The notes under the pieces were generated by a model. The model was not told the origin of the DNA and did not search any database. It worked only from the letters and a program-made list of their open reading frames with translations. Shown here piece by piece: positions 57,681 through 64,000 of a stretch of 64,000 nucleotides of DNA; position 1 is the stretch's first letter; every line of letters starts with the position of its first letter. The stretch comes from Lama guanicoe (Eukaryota). A program made the position numbers and the translations under genes. The stretch lies in NCBI GenBank assembly GCA_013239625.1, contig MU053810.1, forward strand, positions 4,620,071 to 4,684,070. The letters are read 5' to 3'.

Positions 57681-60600
57681 TGCGCCTGGCCAGCTGGCTG
57701 TACCAAATGCAGTGGTCATGGCCCCTTCCTCCCATCACCTGAGGCTGTACTACCTCTCTGCTCAGGGTCCTGCAGTTGTAAATGTCGGAGGGCGCATGCT
57801 GATGTCTGAAAGCCAGTAAGGGAAAATGAGTCGCTCACTGGATGCATTGAACTTCTTTTGATTAGGAGAGCTTCATGGAGGAATAAAGTACCAAATGATT
57901 TTGCGTCTTAAAAAGAATTGAATCTCTCTCCTGAGTAGAGCCTGTTGGCAAGTTCACATGCGATCACGGTCAGCAGCAAAGAAGTTTAAGCAATAATGAA
58001 AAACTTGTGGGTTGGAATGCCTTCAGCCCCCAGAGCTGAAGAGCGGGCCTTTGGGGGAACTGCTGTGGAAAGGAGGTAGAATCTGAGTGTGGAAAGAATT
58101 CTGATCGTGGAAGAAAAGACAGGTAACAGAAAACGGGAAGATTAGAAGCAGGCATGACGGGTAGGCATGATGGGTTCCCAGGGTCACACCCTGGGTAACG
58201 GGGTGTAAATCACTTTTGTTTCAGCCACCACCCCCCCAAGTATTTTTTTCATTTTAAAGAAAGAGAAGACATTTTTAAGTTAACTCATTATCTTTTGGCT
58301 TTAGTCCCAGAAGCCTGAGAGGTTGAATGTAATTTTATATGCTGCAGATGCTTCCTGGTTTTAAAAACGATGACCTGGCTTCTAAACTAATGATGACATC
58401 AACTCAGAAAGACAATCTTCCACATCATGTTAATTCCAGTAGCAGCCGCGGGGTAGTCCTTACGAATTGAGGAGGAAGGGAAGGCAGTCTGATTTAGATC
58501 GGGAACAAACCGAAGCTAAGTTATTCATAGTGTGACTTCTGCTGGATGTAAAGATAATTTTTCATTGCACTCGACTTCTGAGACAGTACTGCAGATAAAC
58601 CTCTCTTGCCTGTTTGCGGTTTTAAAAAGGTCTTTGTGTGGATGACATACTTTTGATGTGTGTTTCATGATCAGTTCAGATTACCCAAGATGACTGTAAC
58701 ACACCAGTAATGAAGAAAAACTCTCCTTCAGAGAAGAATCGAGGAAACTCTGCTTTTGTTATTTAATTTTTGACATCTCTGGAGGGACACAGTCAACTCT
58801 TTTTACCCATTAGGAGCTGACCTTGAAATAGGATCCGTATTTCCTCAGTAGTGTGTGAGTGAGTCTCAGTTTTGGCCTTATTAGAATGAGATTAAATGTT
58901 AGACCCAAAAGAAACTTGGTAAAACAGATGAATTCCCCAATCCTGCCCTCCTACATTCACTGGAGCTAGCTGACAGTAGATAAGAGATTTTTATGGTTGA
59001 TCAGAACTAATGGGCCATGTATTTCAACTGTTACTTTTTGGAAGGGTAACTACATGGCTTGTAAATAGATTTTTGGTGTCTAACCCTTCATAAATTTCTG
59101 TCTGGCTTCCTTTCTTCCTGTCTAAGAGTCTTCATTTTCTCCCCTGTCCTGGGCTTCATTCTCTTCTGGAGCCCGTCAGTCTCAGTAACCATGACCTTCA
59201 CAGCACAGTTCAAGGTCAGCGTTCGTTCACGTCTTCCTGTGGTCATTCAGCAGGTGGGTGGGTTGTGGGTGTGCTGGCGGGAGAGGACACTAACCACAGT
59301 CTGGTCCTGCTGCCCATTGTAAAGTTGGGAGTCCTTCCTGCAGGAGAGGGAGCGCCTGAGAGCCCAAGAGAATACCAGATCTTCCTCAACCTTGGGTCTG
59401 GGCTTGTGAACTCATTCAAAACCATGGAGTGAGGAATCTGCCTCTGCATCAGTGATTTCATTTCTGGATCTCATTTCCTGCATCTCATCAAAATCTCCTC
59501 TCCAGAAAAACTCTTCTACATTATTGACACTAAGTCTAGCCATCTGATAAGGGCTGCTGCTGTTTCTGTCCCAGTGGTGTCTGCACTTTCAGTGATGGAG
59601 CCCAGAGTCCCTGTTCGGCTCACCACAGAGCTGGGCATCTGCAGGGTTCAGCTGGCGGGTTGGCAGGGCATTCCTGGAACAAGATGATGGTTCCTTAGTG
59701 CCTATGAGATAACCCTCTTCTCATGACCCATCCACAAGCTACTATCCTGCCTGTTCACAGGGCAGACTCTGCCCTTGTGGCTGATGAACAGGACAAGGGA
59801 CCGTATACCCTGGTGGCTGGTAACAGGATAGGGAAGAACTGGATCTTCCTACCTGGGGGGTGTGATGCAGCTCAAGGTCAGGAATGGACCTTCCGGACAT
59901 CTTTTGGTTGAATCATTTGTCTGGCTGGGCTGTTCTTTCTCATTCCTGGGTGGTAAGATGCCTTCAGCATGATGGCTCCGTGTGTTCCTATGGAATCCTG
60001 CCTTCCCCCTTGAGCCTCAACTCGAGTGTGCCAGGGGGTGGGTGGTAGACAGTCTCCAACAGAGCTAGACATTGGATTATTGCACCTTCATCCTAAGTCT
60101 TTTCAACTGACCAAAAAATGGCGTTATGAATGGTGAGGAGGGTGACTCACGGAGATAATCCATTAGAGATCAGGTCTATAGAACATTTACCTTCTTTCCA
60201 GAGTTCCACATGGGCCAGTCATGGGCCAGTAGTAATTCTGTATCTATAGGCAATTAATTGCAAGGCATATATGTATACTTTAAGTATAAACTTAAAAGCA
60301 CTGCTTTCCCTTTCTCGTAAGTGGGCACTGCCCTGTCTGTTGTAGATTATGGTGGCCAGAGTGTAATGTTTTTTTATGCCAACCAATCAAATGCTCTATC
60401 TGCTTAAACTCTGTCCTCTGCTCTGGATTTTAAAGCTCTTGCATCTCAAAATCAGCTCTAAGGTGAGAAGGTCAGTGTCATTCTGGGAGGAAGTGGAGAG
60501 TCTCTTTCTTCTGCAGTCTTGCCTGAAAAGAGTGAGTAACTGTTCCCAGAGGCAGAGGAGCTGCCACTGAGGTTTAGCTGTTGCTATGCAAGTGGGATTT

Positions 60601-62729
60601 ATTAATTCTGTGAAGTAAGTAGAAAGCTCTCGTGGTACTTGGTAAATTATGAGAGAGGCCAGGGGGGTCAAAAAGAGAGAGATTCCACGCCAGACATCCC
60701 TGGCTAGGAGCTGAAATACCACAGAGCAAATAGTCTGAAAATTGTCAGTGACCTTCTCAACTTCATCCTAAACCCTCCTGCCTGGGGGATGCAAACCCAT
60801 GGAGGGAATGTGGCTTGGCAGGGATTTGGGGGTGGGGAGAGTGGTGGCTGGCCAAGTTCTTATGGGATTCTTTAGGGAGTGCTGGAGGGTGAAAACGGTG
60901 CTGAGCCCTAGAATGACCCCACATGCCTACACAGCAGCCTCGTGGGTCTTCCAGGCAGAAGAGAGATGTGTTCCATGCAGGATGTGTTCAGACCAATGGG
61001 GAGGCCTCATCTCAGTGATGTGATTTCCTCTTTGCTCCCTAACTGCATTTCCCCCATGCCTTTCCTCTACCTCAAAGCTGTGGAACCAGACCTCCTTCAG
61101 AAGAAGGAAGAGAAAGCCCCTCCACCCCGTGGTGTAGACATTCTAGTATTGCCCCTGCCTGATGCTCTCAAGGACAGGAGATGGGGCAACCCCAGCAGAT
61201 GGTCCAGATGGAAATGTCTGTGAAATAACAATGTCACCCCAGCACCCATTTGGGGCTTATTTATGGTGAAAACCACCTTTACAATAGCTCTGTATTTTGT
61301 TTGTGAGTTACCATTTCTGTTTTTCTTTCTCTTTCAACATATACCTCATTAGATGTGTTCCATCATATATTTTCAACTTATTTCTGTGATATTTTGATGG
61401 GAGGGGTCTCAGAGAAGTTCCGCATCCACTTCTTTTTGCCCTTCTCCTGGAAGGGTAGTTGGCAATCTTCTTAAATTTTTTTTTTTGAAAGCTTTTTATT
61501 GGCATCATCCAATGCCCTGCTGTTTGTGAACTGTGGTTGCACCCCAGCTCCTCAAATTCCGTATTTATGATGATAAGCAGGAGCTCCACGACTTTTAATT
61601 TTGCTAAAGGGCTGTCTTCTGTTTCCCGATCGCAGTCTCTCCGTTTTTCAGTGGAAGGCCAGAGGCTGTTGGTGAACTTGGAGCCTGCTTTCAACATTTT
61701 GCTTCTGCTGTTTCCAAGCAATTAGCAAAGTCTGTTTAGAGTTGAATTGTTATGTGCACACATTCTATTTTAATTCGTTGTAATTAGAGGGACGCGTCTG
61801 AAACTTCAAGAAGAACTGCCGGAATCCAACCTTCTGTTTCAAAAGGTTGAAATCTCTACTTATTTTATGAACAAGAGACTTGACTGGATATTAAGAATGG
61901 CAGCCAACAGTAGTTGCCCACCTAGAAGGATTACAAACTCTACTCTCGTACCGTGAAAAAGTCATACCAGAGAGCTATGTCTGGGGTTCTGGTGGTGGTG
62001 GTGGTGGTTTTGCTTCTCCACGGATTGTTTACCTTAATTGCAATGTTAAAAATACTAATTTGTAATTATAGCCCCATTGTAAATATGTTGTACTTCCTAT
62101 AATGATGATATTTGATCACACAAACCGGCAAACAGTGACAGCTCGTGTTCCTTGTCTGTGCAAATAACGTCAGTCCATCTTTTAATTTAAGAAGTAGCAC
62201 CCCTGTCTTACTTGCTTGCGATTCCCAGTGAAGTTCAGGAAGAGTATTTGTATAAGGAGGTATTTTTCTCCCAGTAAAACTTACTCATTTTCATATTAAT
62301 TTTTCAGCCCCCAAAATATGTTTCTGGAGATGAAAAGGCCAGAAACGGGAAAGGGAGGCCAGAGGCCAGCACTGAGCTCTCTGGGGGCAGGAAGGGTGGC
62401 GGAGCCCAGTCCCCGGGGCTCCCACACTCACGGCGGCAAAGAACCAAGGAGTTAGCTTGGGGTCAGGAGAACTTGCAGTTCTCAGGACAGCGAGTCTCAC
62501 GGCTCGGCCCAGGCCCCCAGCCGGGGATGGGGGTGCCTGCATCTGCCGCCATGATTTTCATTAGTTTACAAATTGCAGCTGCACGTCGAAGGCCTTCTGT
62601 CCCTGCACCAAGCCCGCCAGGATGGGCACAGCCAGACCTCGTCCTTCAGCAGCAAAACACTTCAGCAGCTCTTTTCCTGTGTGCCTGCCTCAAGCTCCTT
62701 CTCCTTAATAATCACTCCACTGCCTGATT

Positions 62730-62960
62730 AGTGTTTAGAGCTTTACAGTTAGCAGGGTTTCTGATCTGCGTCACCGGTGCTCCTCGGTGACCTTGCGATG
62801 TCGGCGGGACAGCTGTTGCCATTTTGCAGAGACTCAATGATTTAATGTGCCCCCTGTGCAGCCTATTGTCGGGTCAAGTAATGTGTCCAAAGTGAAACAG
62901 TTAATGAGAGCAGAACGGAGGTCTCGAACCCGGGACCTTCTGACTTCAGGTTTTTCCTCC
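62730..62960 (-). mobile_element. MIR SINE
   Basis: TTTAGAGCTTTACAGTT...GCCATTTTGCAGAG...GTCCAAAGTGAAACAGTTAATGAGAGCAGAACGGAGGTCTCGAACCCGGGACCTTCTGACTTCAG. Confidence 0.65.
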
Positions 62961-64000
62961 CTGCGCATGGTGCTTTGGGGATGGAGGACTTGGAGCTCTG
63001 ACCCCACGTGCTAAGCCTTCCTTGGCAATGGCTTTGATGGGCCCATGACTCATGGGAGGCATGCTGTGTCTAGAGCAACCCAAAGCTAAGATTTGCCATA
63101 GAGGTCGAATCTAACTCTTTGTTTTACACGTACGGGAAGTGGGGACCAGGCAAATGTCTAAGTTATGTTGAGTTGGGGTCTCCTGCTCTCAGCCCAGTGC
63201 TCTCTGGACCACTGAGCCTTACTTTCCCTCATAGAGTGCACAGGATCCCCCTGAATCCCCTGCCAGCCACCAGGGGAGCTTCCAGAATAGAAGTTGTGTG
63301 AAAGGCTGGCCTCACCCCCTTCATTGCAGGTCAGGGAAGATGAGACACTCAGAAGCAACCTCCAGCTGGTCTGGGCGCTGGCGCCTGCGCTGGTGGGAAT
63401 CAGCGCGCTTCTGATGGAGGTTTGGGAATCTAAGAGATGAGACTCTGTGTCTGTTTTCTGTGGGAGGAAAAGGGGAATCAGAAATGCATTCCCAGCTGGC
63501 CTCAACAAATGACCCCATCTCCTATCCCACATCCCCCTCCTCTGAAAATCCTTGCCTTTAGTCAGGTCTTGAGCCCGAGAAGCCTGTTCCCAAAGCAAAG
63601 TGCAGTCGGATCACGGCCGAGGCGGCTGTTGACTGGTACCCGCGGCGCCGGTGCGAAGCTGAGCTCTTCTGCAGAGGCTTAGCAGCCAGGCCCCGCTAAC
63701 GCAAGGATGGAATGTGCTGCACAGCCTTCATGCAGTGAGGAAGAAAAAGAAAGCTTTGGTTTGGAGATTCTTACTTTCTTGATGGATTTGGAGTATTTTT
63801 ATTTCACTGGAGTTCAGTGTTCCAGGGCAGGAGAGTTTGGGTGAAAATGGAAGAGAAGCCCCACCAGACAGAAATTCCTTGTCAGATGGGAGATTTTCCT
63901 CCCTTTCAAGGTGTGAGATGAGCCAAGGAGCACAGAAGCGCGGGGGAGTCTAGTGACGGATTGGGATGCTCTTGGCGGAGCACGAACCAGTGACTGGCTG

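Noticed and set aside
1..64000. CRISPR arrays, operons or other prokaryotic systems
   Set aside because: The sequence is clearly mammalian; no repeat-spacer arrays or dense coding were seen. Remaining short ORFs are random or TE-derived.

Overview
Mammalian (eutherian) non-coding DNA, probably from a camelid. This is inferred from three tRNA-derived vic-1-type SINEs, cetartiodactyl-type L1 3' ends, and a FUT1 sequence that resembles my recollection of pig FUT1. I found no intact protein-coding gene or convincing host exon; the window looks like a large intron or intergenic region. The main feature is a cluster of three near-full-length, L1-generated processed pseudogenes within 20 kb: CAVIN3/PRKCDBP (-, 31574-32653), HNRNPF (-, 39762-41805) and FUT1 (+, 48603-51535). 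Each is bounded by a readable 15-16 bp target-site duplication (TSD). The CAVIN3 copy is still CpG-island-like and keeps a 210-codon Kozak-led ORF. The FUT1 copy carries an unusually long leader with an apparently unused splice acceptor. The rest is typical repeat archaeology (L1, L2, MIR, MER20B, MER5A, MER103C, Tigger1, MLT2, ERV1-type solo LTRs) with several nested insertions. One L1 joins the ORF1 end directly to the ORF2 end inside a single TSD pair. Gene and repeat names come from recognition of the sequence, not from database searches.
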